DNA from: an uncultured virus (IMG/VR IMGVR_UViG_3300010885_080890)
Lineage: Duplodnaviria > Heunggongvirae > Uroviricota > Caudoviricetes
Strand: one strand, 5' to 3'
Length of the DNA: 64,000 bases
IMG/VR virus record: IMGVR_UViG_3300010885_080890
The notes below the pieces were generated by a model that saw only the letters and a list, made by a program, of their open reading frames with translations, had not been told where the DNA came from and searched no databases. Made by a program: the position numbers and the translations under genes. Positions 29,271 through 39,022 of the stretch are shown here, piece by piece (position 1 is the stretch's first letter; the number at the start of each line of letters is the position of its first letter).

Positions 29271-29639
29271 ATGAGCAATACAATCCAAATTAACTGTAAA
29301 GATAAGACCATTTCCATGAAAAAAATCGAATATGCTAGATGGCTTTGTCTTATAGAAGCAATTGATCTTGTTGAAAAAAAAGCTGAAGAACTTAAAGCGG
29401 ACTTAATAGGTGATGACTTCTGGGTTAAGCCTTTAGCTTTTCAGAAGTATATAGACCACAGATTAGAGACTATGGTGATTGATGTAGATAGAGAAGAATT
29501 TAATATACCTACTATGGTTTCTATACAATCCAACAAAGACCTTGTACCTGTTAATGTTGAAGTACAGGAAACAGAAGATCAGTCTGAAGAAGAGTTTGAG
29601 CCTACTGAAAAAGATTTGTCTGTGCTGACTATGGTTTAA
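29271..29639 (+). CDS. Hypothetical protein with acidic tail
   Basis: 122 aa behind TTGCGT-N17-TATTAT. Confidence 0.65.
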   Translation: MSNTIQINCKDKTISMKKIEYARWLCLIEAIDLVEKKAEELKADLIGDDFWVKPLAFQKYIDHRLETMVIDVDREEFNIPTMVSIQSNKDLVPVNVEVQETEDQSEEEFEPTEKDLSVLTMV

Positions 29640-30388
29640 TAGTAGCCGCCGTAAATTTCTGTATTGTTCACAGACATGTCAAAGATATTTTTACTGCTAA
29701 ATTTATCTGAACTTTCTGGATAACTAGAAGGCCTTGGGCTATATGTAACATCGTTAGGTAGGTTTGTTGTAATAGTTCCATATCTTTCATTATCGTAGAC
29801 TTGGTTGCTACCCTTTTCTTGAGGCAGATTAGGTTCAAAAGAATAGTCAAATCTCTTTGCCTTTAATAACCATACATAATGGCCCATTAAAGGATTTATT
29901 TGTGAATTCTCTTGATCTAAACGCTCTGTAATTTCATACATCTTTCCATCACGGTCTCCTGGTCGTGAGTTTCCGTATTCTGCTAGCTTAAATACATCAC
30001 CGGCTTTAGGTTCAGCATCAGGTGGAAAAGTAGCGTAAAAAGAACTTATGTGCATGTACGCGGTACATGTTTCATCACTCATATAGACAAATTTACTAAG
30101 TATAAGGGCATTCTCAGATAACTGTATTGCCATAACAACATCTTTTGGATCTTCAAATCTAGAAGTAGGCTGCTCCCCATATACGTTATCAGCAGATAAT
30201 AAATTATAGCTATTTCTATAATATTTTACTTTTTGACCATACAAATCTAATTGTTCACGCCAGTAGTTGCTATATAACTGTCTCTCACATTCATTATTAT
30301 CTTTCTCTGTAAACCTTAACGTACTTGTTGTATATTTTAATGGATAGGTTCTAATGCAGTTTGTTCCGGTATATCTATCGACACTCAT
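29636..30388 (-). CDS. gp14: Neck/head-completion protein gp14-like
   Basis: EQLDLYGQKVKYY, NVYGEQP...F, PKAGD, YEIT, YVWLLKAKRFDYS. Confidence 0.7.
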   Translation of the reverse strand: MSVDRYTGTNCIRTYPLKYTTSTLRFTEKDNNECERQLYSNYWREQLDLYGQKVKYYRNSYNLLSADNVYGEQPTSRFEDPKDVVMAIQLSENALILSKFVYMSDETCTAYMHISSFYATFPPDAEPKAGDVFKLAEYGNSRPGDRDGKMYEITERLDQENSQINPLMGHYVWLLKAKRFDYSFEPNLPQEKGSNQVYDNERYGTITTNLPNDVTYSPRPSSYPESSDKFSSKNIFDMSVNNTEIYGGYY

Positions 30389-30750
30389 TTTTGAAGAATA
30401 TAACCTCCCAGGTTGTGGTCAAACTTTAATAAAATGCCTGTATTACCTAGAGATTTTGGTGTGTTTGGGTTGACCCTAGAAATACCGTATTTAGTGCAAA
30501 TTTTTTGGATTTCATCTTGAGATAAAGCCTTTCTATTTGTATTTGAAGTTCTTAAATCATTCATAGCTTGTATAGACTTTGGATCTACTTTGTGCATATC
30601 AGGAACCGTTTGCGCGTGCTTTCTGAATCCAGGATCTTTTATAACTTTACGGTGACGTTGTGTTGGCTTGAGCTCTGTTAGCGTTCCTTGATTCCAAGTT
30701 GTTATTTCCTGAATTAATATATTATTAAATATTTTTTCGAAAATACTCAC
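30385..30750 (-). CDS. Hypothetical late protein
   Basis: TATAAATA 30755-30762 on minus strand; MSIFEKIF..ILIQE. Confidence 0.65.
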   Translation of the reverse strand: MSIFEKIFNNILIQEITTWNQGTLTELKPTQRHRKVIKDPGFRKHAQTVPDMHKVDPKSIQAMNDLRTSNTNRKALSQDEIQKICTKYGISRVNPNTPKSLGNTGILLKFDHNLGGYILQK

Positions 30751-30764
30751 ATATTATTTATAAT

Positions 30765-30790
30765 AAAAAAGCCGTCATAAGACGGCTTTT
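30765..30790 (-). terminator. Rho-independent terminator (possibly bidirectional)
   Basis: AAAAAAGCCGTC-ATAA-GACGGCTTTT hairpin with U-tract, 20 nt downstream of the 30811 stop. Confidence 0.85.
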
Positions 30791-30810
30791 CTACTTTTAT
30801 GTAAGGTTCT

Positions 30811-31737
30811 TTATTTAAAGAAATCGCCAGCCTTGTAACCTGGTGCGTTTACTTTATTGTTCTTGCCTTGTAAGGAATGACCCTTACTATCAGGTAGAGC
30901 AGAAGGCTTACCATCCATTGTTACACCTTTGGTGTCACCGGAAGCCTTGGAGCTCTTAGCATGGCCAAGCTTACCTGGAACTTTATTGTTCTTGCCTTGT
31001 AGGGATTGACCTTTACTATCGGGAAGTTCTTCTAATTCCGTGGCTTCACCAGCAACAGCTTCTTCATCTTCATCTTCATCTTTCTCTTTCTTGTCGGCCT
31101 TACTCTGTTCATCTTCGTCGGAGCCAGCTTCTTCAGCGCCAGCTTCTTCAGCGCCAGCTTCAGATCCTTCTACATCTTCTTTATCTTCGCCGTGTTCTTC
31201 AGAGCCACCTAGTACATCGCCGAGCATATCATGTAGCTTCTGAGCAACATCGCGAGGAAGAGTTACTGTAACATCTTCGTGTTCACCGCCAAGGTCTTCA
31301 GCTTTATCAGCCTCAGCACCCTCGGGGCCGGCTTGAATGCCTAAATCAAAGGCATCATCCTTCATTACATCTTCGTAAAGTCTATCAAAAATTGATTTGC
31401 TCATATTATTATTTATATTCGCTGGATCCTTTTTTTCAAGAGCCGTAGAAAATTTTTGTGGCTCAAAATGATTATTTTTTTTAGCAGTTTTTGGATCCAC
31501 TATATCTTTACTAAACCCTTCTGCAGCCTCTGGGCCAGTATTTTTTAAAGAAAAAGCATTTTTATCACTTCCCTTAGAGGTAATTTTCTTAGTATCTATT
31601 TTTTTATCCTTAGCAGAGGCAAAAGTATTCAAAGTTTTAACAGTCTTCTCTTCAACGACATTTTGCTTTATTTCAGGGCTTTTTTTCATAGCCTCGTAAA
31701 CTAACCCTATATCCTTTATACTTTTTACTCTTGTCAT
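30811..31737 (-). CDS. Low-complexity late protein (basic-acidic-basic), candidate prohead core or internal protein
   Basis: TATAAATA 31745-31752; long Glu/Asp tract; duplicated LPDSKGxSLQGKNNKV; followed by terminator. Confidence 0.6.
   Translation of the reverse strand: MTRVKSIKDIGLVYEAMKKSPEIKQNVVEEKTVKTLNTFASAKDKKIDTKKITSKGSDKNAFSLKNTGPEAAEGFSKDIVDPKTAKKNNHFEPQKFSTALEKKDPANINNNMSKSIFDRLYEDVMKDDAFDLGIQAGPEGAEADKAEDLGGEHEDVTVTLPRDVAQKLHDMLGDVLGGSEEHGEDKEDVEGSEAGAEEAGAEEAGSDEDEQSKADKKEKDEDEDEEAVAGEATELEELPDSKGQSLQGKNNKVPGKLGHAKSSKASGDTKGVTMDGKPSALPDSKGHSLQGKNNKVNAPGYKAGDFFK
30851..31020. repeat. 41-bp imperfect direct repeat (30851-30891, 30980-31020)
   Basis: actttattgttcttgccttgta.gga.tgacc.ttactatc twice; encodes DSKGxSLQGKNNKV. 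Confidence 0.85.
31123..31161. repeat. 15-bp tandem repeat, about 2.6 copies
   Basis: gccagcttcttcagc units encoding AEEAG. Confidence 0.8.
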
Positions 31738-31769
31738 ATATATGTATTTATATTATTAATAAATAAAAT

Positions 31770-33485
31770 ATGGGAGATAAAGAAAAATATTATCTAGGCA
31801 ACGAAAGGCTTCCTACTACCAGCACGAAGTTTGAGTACACCCCGGATATGATAAACGAGCTTAAAAAATGCAAAAAAAACTTATTGCATTTTGCTGAAAA
31901 CTACTTCTTTATCATTAATTTAGATAGAGGTAAAGAAAAAATTAAGCTATACTCTTGTCAAAAAAGAGTTTTAAGAAGTTTAAGAGATAGCCGTTTTATA
32001 ATATTGCTATCTTCTAGACAGAGCGGCAAAACAACACAAATGACTATATATTGCCTTTGGAATGCATGCTTTAACGATGATCAAAGAATATTAATTGTAG
32101 CTAATAAAGAGCAGACAGCAAAAAATATATTTAAAAGAATAAGAATGGCATATGAGATGTTGCCTAACTTTATAAAACCTGGAGTAGTAGAGTATGGTCA
32201 AACTAGCATGACACTCACCAATGGTAGCAGCATAGGTATCAGTACAACCAGCAGTGATGCAGGTAGAGGCGACAGCTGCAATTGTTTAATTTTAGATGAG
32301 CTAGCCTTTATCGACAATCATATAGTTGATAAATTCTGGGAATCTGTTTACCCTATTATTAGTAGTTCTAAGAAAAGTAAAATTTTTATAGCTAGTACTC
32401 CTAATGGTACGGATAATCTTTTTTACAGATTGTTCAAGGGAGCTGAAGAAGGTGATAATAACTGGAAAGCAGAAAGAATTGATTGGTGGGAAATACCAGG
32501 TCGTGATGAAAAGTGGAAACATGATACAATTAAAACATTAGGCAGTCTCGAGACATTTTCACAAGAATTTGGAAATGAATTTTTGCATGGTGGTGAAAGT
32601 AGTCTCAACGAGCAACTATACAATTCCTGTTTAAGGGATTGTAGGGAGCCTGAATTTATTTTTGAAGAAGGAAAATATTTACTGTGGGAGGAGCCTAGGG
32701 AGGGAAGACTCTATACCGTTGGTGTTGATGTTAGCGAAGGTGTAAATGAATGCGCTAGTGTAGCGCAAATTTTAGATATTACAGATTTATCGCATGTAGA
32801 ACAGGTTGCAGTTTTTCATACTCGCAACACACCACCATTTCAATTTACCTCAAAACTTTTAGATATTTTAAATCAGTGGGGAAGACCCCCGGTTTGTATA
32901 GAGAGAAATAGTTGCGGTGCTCAGGTAGTAGAGCAGTTAAAATTCACACACGGGTATGAAAATATTGTTTCATGGGGGGCTAAGGCGGGTGACAAAACAG
33001 AATTCAAAAGGGTGGGTATTCTCTCACACACAAATACAAAATACAGAGGTATTACTAATATGAGATATTGGGTAAATGAGTTAAAAGCTATAAAATTCAG
33101 AGACATTAATACATTAAAAGAATTTAAAACTTTTATAAGATACCCTAATAATACCTGGGGTGCTAGGCCAGGTGCAGATAGCTATGATGACCGTGTTATG
33201 GCCTTGGTTTGGGCATTAATAATTTTAGAAAATGAATTATGTAGTAGATATTTTGATGTTGTAAAGCTTGATGATTGTGATAGGCCTCAAGTTTTAAAAT
33301 CTCTTGATTATGGAATTAGAGGTGTAATTAGCCCCTTAAGTTTATATAGTAACGAGAAAGATTCTGGTATAAACACGGCATTACCGACTATATTTCAAGA
33401 AGACGCAGCTTCTGCTGACCTGGAGATGGACGATTTAAGAAGACAAGGCTGGTACTTGCCAGGTGAATCTTATTTTGATAAATAA
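31770..33485 (+). CDS. gp17: Terminase large subunit gp17
   Basis: YLGN, SRQSGKTT, LILDELAF, ASTPNG, QEF, VGVDVSEG, IERN, DDRVMA. Confidence 0.95.
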   Translation: MGDKEKYYLGNERLPTTSTKFEYTPDMINELKKCKKNLLHFAENYFFIINLDRGKEKIKLYSCQKRVLRSLRDSRFIILLSSRQSGKTTQMTIYCLWNACFNDDQRILIVANKEQTAKNIFKRIRMAYEMLPNFIKPGVVEYGQTSMTLTNGSSIGISTTSSDAGRGDSCNCLILDELAFIDNHIVDKFWESVYPIISSSKKSKIFIASTPNGTDNLFYRLFKGAEEGDNNWKAERIDWWEIPGRDEKWKHDTIKTLGSLETFSQEFGNEFLHGGESSLNEQLYNSCLRDCREPEFIFEEGKYLLWEEPREGRLYTVGVDVSEGVNECASVAQILDITDLSHVEQVAVFHTRNTPPFQFTSKLLDILNQWGRPPVCIERNSCGAQVVEQLKFTHGYENIVSWGAKAGDKTEFKRVGILSHTNTKYRGITNMRYWVNELKAIKFRDINTLKEFKTFIRYPNNTWGARPGADSYDDRVMALVWALIILENELCSRYFDVVKLDDCDRPQVLKSLDYGIRGVISPLSLYSNEKDSGINTALPTIFQEDAASADLEMDDLRRQGWYLPGESYFDK

Positions 33486-33488
33486 CAT

Positions 33489-34082
33489 ATGGCTACTTCT
33501 CCAAATCAGCTTCCTATTTTTCAAAGCCCTCTAAACAAACAGAGAAAAGATAAATTTATATGTGTTTTAACTATTCCAAGAATTTTGAGGGATGAGGTTA
33601 AAGATATAGCAAGAAGAAATTCTTCTATAAATTTCGATGCATTACAATTTAGTATCTTTGGTGCTGTTGCCCCGCCTATAGAAATTCCTCCTGTAGGTAT
33701 ACCATATGCAGGGCAAACATTAAAGGTTACATCTTATGCGCGTCCATCATTCCCAACATTAAAGGTAGATTTTACCGTAGATAACTGGTTTAATAACTAT
33801 TGGGTAATATACAAGTGGCTTGAAGTGTTTAATGATCCTAAAATAGGTATCTTTAGCCCTCAGGACAAAGAAGTTGAATCTAGAACTGGTGAATATATGA
33901 CAAATATATCTATATATGGTTTAGACGAATATAATAACAAAACAATTCAATTTGATTATATTAGATCATTTCCAACTGCCTTACAAGGCATAGAATATAA
34001 TGATAGGGATGCTGACGAAATGGTATGTAGTTTTAATTTTGCTTACCATCAATTAAAGGTTTCTCTATTACCTGTAAATTAA
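33489..34082 (+). CDS. Tail tube terminator/completion protein (gp3-like)
   Basis: LKVDFTVDNWFNNYWVIYKWL and FPTAL tube-fold pattern. Confidence 0.65.
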   Translation: MATSPNQLPIFQSPLNKQRKDKFICVLTIPRILRDEVKDIARRNSSINFDALQFSIFGAVAPPIEIPPVGIPYAGQTLKVTSYARPSFPTLKVDFTVDNWFNNYWVIYKWLEVFNDPKIGIFSPQDKEVESRTGEYMTNISIYGLDEYNNKTIQFDYIRSFPTALQGIEYNDRDADEMVCSFNFAYHQLKVSLLPVN

Positions 34083-34128
34083 TTTGTAGACTTTTTTTAT
34101 TTTTTTTGAAAAAGTTAAACATAAGTAA

Positions 34129-34136
34129 TATAAATA
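34129..34136 (+). promoter_or_regulatory. Late promoter TATAAATA for sheath/tube
   Basis: Exact consensus upstream of gp18. Confidence 0.75.
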
Positions 34137-34184
34137 TTAACGTATGAGTAACAATTCCCTTGCAGGAGATAATAACTAAAATAT

Positions 34185-36611
34185 ATGGCAAGAACAATTC
34201 AAAGCCCAGGAGTTGAAATTCGTGAGGTTGATCTTTCCTTAAGACCAGTAATCACACAAGGTACTAGCGTTTTTGTCGCTGGTTTCTCCAATCAAGGCCC
34301 TATCGACGAAGTTTTACAGCCAGCAAGTATTAGTGAGTTTGAACAAATCTACGGTACACCGACAAATGCTGCTGAGAGATATTTTTATCATACAGTAAAA
34401 GCTTCCCTACAAGCCCCGGTTCAATTAAAAGTTACAAGACTACCCTATGGTGAAGCTAAGGGCGAAGGGTTTAATGCATGGAGATATAGTGCATTAGTTT
34501 ATCCTGTTATCTCTCTGACAACCGACAAAGTAGGCTTATCTTCCGTAGAATTAAGAAGTCTTAGCGGTTCTAATGCATATTATCTAAAATCGCCAACACA
34601 TCTTGAACTTACTTTAGAACAATATCAAAATTTAATTAACAATAATATCTCTTGGGAAAATTTTGCTGGAGGTTATTTTGATTCTCCTAGTAGTATCTCT
34701 TATGAGACAATTGGTAATGCAGGTTTAGTTATTCTAAACAAATCTCAAGTTTCGAATAATAATAAATTCGAAGGCTATTATGTTGCTATTACTGATAATG
34801 CAAATGTAAATCCTGCCACACCTTTTGACGGTATTAACGGTATTAAGTCGATTGGAGCTAATTTACCTTCAATAAACAGCTTTATAAGCGTACCTACAAC
34901 AAGACTTAATTTTCCATTGACGGCAACTAAGTTTGGCGATGGTAGTAGTATTAGTGAAATCATGGAAAATGCTGCTACATTTGATATTTCTCCAGCCTCG
35001 TTCAGTGATACACTTACAATTGGTGTATTTAAATTGAGACAGAGTGTATTTTCTCCTGATGTTATTTCGCTGGATTATGTTTTAGCTGAAAAATATATTG
35101 GCTCTTTAGATTACTATAGGCAAATTGCTGATCCAAATGGCGGCCCTGCAACAGCCTTCTATATTGGTAATGTAACAGAAAGATCACCCAATATCAAGGT
35201 CTTGGTAAATCCATGGATTTCTAATCAAGGTAGAAATACCTGGCTTGGTAATGATGGCAACCCCACAAAGACAGTAAGGGTCACTAACAAACAAGGGGCT
35301 ATTCCGTTAGCATTACCTGGTTATACCGAAACTGCTAAAAGTTATATAACCCGTATTGGTGCTGCTTCTGCTATCAATGGTACAAACTTATCCGACCTAT
35401 TAACCACCACAATGGAAGGCAATAAGTTGTTCCCATTAGGCGTTTATACTGATACAGTAGTTTCTAATAAAAATATCGGTAATCTACCACAGAAGCTTGA
35501 AAGAGCTTTCGAGCTTGTTGAAAATCCTGACCTATACAATATTAATCTAGTACCCGAAGCCGGTCTAGGTACTATATTTGTAAGCGTAGCAGAGCAAGCA
35601 TTTAACAACAATTTGGCTGTTTCGGCTTGCGGACCTTACCATGAAAATACACCGGTAAATAGTCTTAGCGGATTGTTCATTACTAATAATGAGCTCTTGG
35701 GTGAAGAAGGATCGAGAATCAGATCCAATTATAATGCAGTTGCAAGTATAATGGTAAATGCTGCACAGAATCAAAGAAAAGATTTCCTTGTAATCCTGGA
35801 CGCCTTGAGACATATATTTGTTCAAGGCGAAAACCACAAGGTTTTAAGCAACAAGAAGATTTATAGCCCTAATGCTGGTGTTGGAGTCGATCCTAAAGCT
35901 TCAGACTACACTCCCACGAGCTTTAGTCAGCATATCTACTGGCCATTAAGACATCAATTTAGCTTAATTGATTCTAGCTACGCTTGCAGCTACGCTACTG
36001 TTGCTCAAGTATTAGACCCATCATCTAATCGTCAAGTCTGGGTACCTTTCTCTGGGTTTGCAGCAGCCGCTATGGGTAATACTGATGCTAACTTCCAGCC
36101 CTGGTTTGCGCCTGCTGGATTTACAAGAGGCGTTCTATTAGGAGTAAATGATTTAGGTATGTATCCTAAGCAAAAACAACGTGATCAACTGTACAAGATA
36201 GGCCTGAACCCTGTGCCGTTCTTCCCCGTTGAAGGGTTTGTAATCTTTGGTCAGAAGACCTTGCTTAAGAAGCCAAGTGCATTTGATCGTATTAACGTAC
36301 GTAGATTGTTCTTAGATCTAGAAGTTGCAACTAGAGATACCGTTAAATATTTCGTATTCGAACCAAATACACTATTTACAAGAACACAAGTTGTAAATAC
36401 ACTTACACCTATATTTGATAATGCTAAGAATACAGAGGGATTATATGATTATCTAATCATTTGCGATGAGCGTAATAATACACCCGATGTAATAGATCAA
36501 AATGAATTGAAGGTCGATATTTATCTTAAGCCAGTACGCGCTGCAGAGTTTATCTTAGTAAGCTTCTATGCAACTCGTACCGGTCAAAACTTCCAGGAGT
36601 TACTAGCGTAA
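34185..36611 (+). CDS. gp18: Tail sheath protein gp18
   Basis: SPGVEIREVDLS, PWFAPAGFTRG, FGQKT, SAFDRINVRRLF, FEPN, CDERNNTP, IYLKPVRAAEFI. Confidence 0.96.
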   Translation: MARTIQSPGVEIREVDLSLRPVITQGTSVFVAGFSNQGPIDEVLQPASISEFEQIYGTPTNAAERYFYHTVKASLQAPVQLKVTRLPYGEAKGEGFNAWRYSALVYPVISLTTDKVGLSSVELRSLSGSNAYYLKSPTHLELTLEQYQNLINNNISWENFAGGYFDSPSSISYETIGNAGLVILNKSQVSNNNKFEGYYVAITDNANVNPATPFDGINGIKSIGANLPSINSFISVPTTRLNFPLTATKFGDGSSISEIMENAATFDISPASFSDTLTIGVFKLRQSVFSPDVISLDYVLAEKYIGSLDYYRQIADPNGGPATAFYIGNVTERSPNIKVLVNPWISNQGRNTWLGNDGNPTKTVRVTNKQGAIPLALPGYTETAKSYITRIGAASAINGTNLSDLLTTTMEGNKLFPLGVYTDTVVSNKNIGNLPQKLERAFELVENPDLYNINLVPEAGLGTIFVSVAEQAFNNNLAVSACGPYHENTPVNSLSGLFITNNELLGEEGSRIRSNYNAVASIMVNAAQNQRKDFLVILDALRHIFVQGENHKVLSNKKIYSPNAGVGVDPKASDYTPTSFSQHIYWPLRHQFSLIDSSYACSYATVAQVLDPSSNRQVWVPFSGFAAAAMGNTDANFQPWFAPAGFTRGVLLGVNDLGMYPKQKQRDQLYKIGLNPVPFFPVEGFVIFGQKTLLKKPSAFDRINVRRLFLDLEVATRDTVKYFVFEPNTLFTRTQVVNTLTPIFDNAKNTEGLYDYLIICDERNNTPDVIDQNELKVDIYLKPVRAAEFILVSFYATRTGQNFQELLA

Positions 36612-36635
36612 CAATAAAGGAGAATAAATAATTTT

Positions 36636-37187
36636 ATGGCAGACGTAAAACAACTTATTGCAGATTTTTACAGAGTAGCTTCCGCTAGAGACTTCCAGCG
36701 TGATATTCAATTTCGTGTATTGAGTATTACCCCTGGCGGTACAACAGTAACATTTGATGAAAATGATCTAGTATATGCAAAGGCTGCGTCGCTACCCGCG
36801 CGCTCTATTACAGCAGTAAATGCAAAATATATGGGATTAAATTTTAATCTACCAGGTGTTGCTACATATCCCGGTAGTGAAGGTTATATACTTAATTTCT
36901 ATAATGATGCTAAGAATAATCTTCGCCAGAAATTTGAAGATTGGACACGTGATACCTTTAATGATGCTAACAGCACTGGTAATTACTTCACCCCAACACA
37001 ATCGAGTACAATTGACTTAGTACAGCTCGATACACAAATGAACAGGGTTGCGCAATATCAACTTGTTGGTGTTAGTATTCGCAATGTCGGTGCAATCGAA
37101 TATCCAATAGGCGATGGTACAGGGCAGATTGTCAATTTCCCAGTAACTCTTGCTTATCATTACTTTACTCGTAAGCAAGTTTCTTAA
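36636..37187 (+). CDS. gp19: Tail tube protein gp19
   Basis: KAASLP, LRQKFEDW, QLD, FPVTLAYHYF; follows sheath gene. Confidence 0.85.
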   Translation: MADVKQLIADFYRVASARDFQRDIQFRVLSITPGGTTVTFDENDLVYAKAASLPARSITAVNAKYMGLNFNLPGVATYPGSEGYILNFYNDAKNNLRQKFEDWTRDTFNDANSTGNYFTPTQSSTIDLVQLDTQMNRVAQYQLVGVSIRNVGAIEYPIGDGTGQIVNFPVTLAYHYFTRKQVS

Positions 37188-37217
37188 TAGAAAATTAAAT
37201 TTGCCATAAATATTTGA

Positions 37218-38156
37218 ATGGCATTATCTAATCCAATTACCGACGCTTTTCAGGGCTTAGCATCTAATACAGTTGGTATTGGTAGAGGAATAAACCCCTT
37301 AAGTCAGCCACAAATTACAGACATTCTCGGGTTTAATATACCTGGCGTCCCATTAATCAGTACAAGAGATTATTTCCTTCTTCAACTTCAAAGCTGGCTT
37401 ACGGCTATACCGTTACAAACACAATGGATTGCAGTTATAGACAGTTTTCCATATTGCTTAAGAACTGAAATACTTCAAAATATGGAACGTTCTGATGGCG
37501 GTAAAAAAAGCTATGATATAGATCGAGCTAAAGCAATTTTAACTAGCTATCCATTTCAAAAAGTAATAGGTTGTGTATTTGCACAAGGGGCTTTCGTACC
37601 TGGCGAGCAGCTAACAGTTAGAGACACTGCTTTAGATAATAACAGAGGATTTATACCTGGAATAGTTGCTGAAAAAAGAATGGGATATAGCGGGTCACCT
37701 TTGAGATTAGATTTCTTAGAAACCAATACAAGTATAGTTGATTTTATCTTCAGGCCCTGGGTAATGTTAGCTAGTCATTATGGGTTAGTCGCTAGACCAA
37801 ATGATATGCCAGGCAGCAAAGATTTTTATAACGTTAAGTCAAACATAACACTTCTTTGCTATACAAGAAGCTATCAAAACGTAAGTCAAATTCCGCGAAA
37901 AGTTTTTACTTTTTATAATGTCGTCCCCACTTTAATTAATAATTTTACATTAGACTATAAAGAAGAACCTCAACAAGCAACTGCCTATAGCGTTAATTTT
38001 ACTTATACAAACTATACTATTCAAAATAGTATGTATTTCCCTATTGCGGATATCATTAAGACAGTTTCTAATGCAGCGAATGGCAGCTATTCGCCTGTTG
38101 TTTCGCCGCTACAGAATTCATCTAATTCCCCCGTCAATGTAGGTGGCTTTTTCTAA
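37218..38156 (+). CDS. Tube-fold baseplate protein (gp54-like)
   Basis: LDFLETN...FRPW, FYNVVP, VNFTY tube-like motifs; position after tube gene. Confidence 0.55.
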   Translation: MALSNPITDAFQGLASNTVGIGRGINPLSQPQITDILGFNIPGVPLISTRDYFLLQLQSWLTAIPLQTQWIAVIDSFPYCLRTEILQNMERSDGGKKSYDIDRAKAILTSYPFQKVIGCVFAQGAFVPGEQLTVRDTALDNNRGFIPGIVAEKRMGYSGSPLRLDFLETNTSIVDFIFRPWVMLASHYGLVARPNDMPGSKDFYNVKSNITLLCYTRSYQNVSQIPRKVFTFYNVVPTLINNFTLDYKEEPQQATAYSVNFTYTNYTIQNSMYFPIADIIKTVSNAANGSYSPVVSPLQNSSNSPVNVGGFF

Positions 38157-38175
38157 ATTTTTTGTTTAATAATAT

Positions 38176-39003
38176 ATGGAATTTTACCTAAATTGTTGGG
38201 TACCATCGTTAAGCGGTTTTTTTAAATTAAAAGAATTAAAAAACTCTCAACTATCTATTTTATCTAAATATATTTTAAATGAAGATCATGAAGGCACTAA
38301 TATGTGCTTTAATGAAATTATTAATAAAAATTTTCTAGAGATAAACCCTAATTTAAATGTTAACCGTTTTGATAAGTGGTTTATTTTAAGTTTTTTAAGA
38401 GCTACAAATATTTCTCCAATACTCTACTTACAAACTGCTAATACAGCTAACGTTCCTTGTAATATAGAGCTGTCTCTCTATGAAACGCTTACAAGATTAT
38501 CAGAAATTTCACCTGTTAGTGCTATCGATGTCAAACTAGAAAATATTAATATAATACTCTATCCTAGTGAGAGTTTATATACAGTTGAACCTGTTGTAGA
38601 TTCTGTTAAAGAACTAAAACATCTTAAAAATAATATTACTAATAGAGATGAAATTTACAAGCTTTTAGGAAGAAGAGAAAATTTGAGAAATTATTTAGCG
38701 CAGCAAATGTTATATTTTGATAGTCTTAGCAATGACTTGATAATAAAAAATGAAAACCCTGCTCTCAAGCTTACGAATATACCTGTAAGAGTTTTTGATA
38801 ATACTTTATTCTTTTTTTTAAGATCTATCTATCTACCCTATTGCAAAGGTGTTTACGAAAAACTTTTCAGTCTTAAAAAATTAATGAATTTGAGCCTAGA
38901 TGAGTATTATCAACTTACCCCGTCAGAATGCGATATTTTAATAAGCCTTTATAAGCAGGATGAATCGTCTAAAACGCAGCATAGTTACAGTCTTCAACAA
39001 TAA
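38176..39003 (+). CDS. Baseplate hub assembly chaperone (gp26/gp51-like)
   Basis: DKWFIL..LRA (gp26-like) plus C-terminal YEKLFSL...SLDEYYQLTPSECDIL (gp51-like). Confidence 0.5.
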   Translation: MEFYLNCWVPSLSGFFKLKELKNSQLSILSKYILNEDHEGTNMCFNEIINKNFLEINPNLNVNRFDKWFILSFLRATNISPILYLQTANTANVPCNIELSLYETLTRLSEISPVSAIDVKLENINIILYPSESLYTVEPVVDSVKELKHLKNNITNRDEIYKLLGRRENLRNYLAQQMLYFDSLSNDLIIKNENPALKLTNIPVRVFDNTLFFFLRSIYLPYCKGVYEKLFSLKKLMNLSLDEYYQLTPSECDILISLYKQDESSKTQHSYSLQQ

Positions 39004-39022
39004 ATTTGTCTATAAATAATAT

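Noticed and set aside
13202..33485. Introns or inteins in gp43, uvsX, gp41, gp61 or gp17
   Set aside because: Lengths are ordinary and catalytic motifs contiguous; no intein termini noticed
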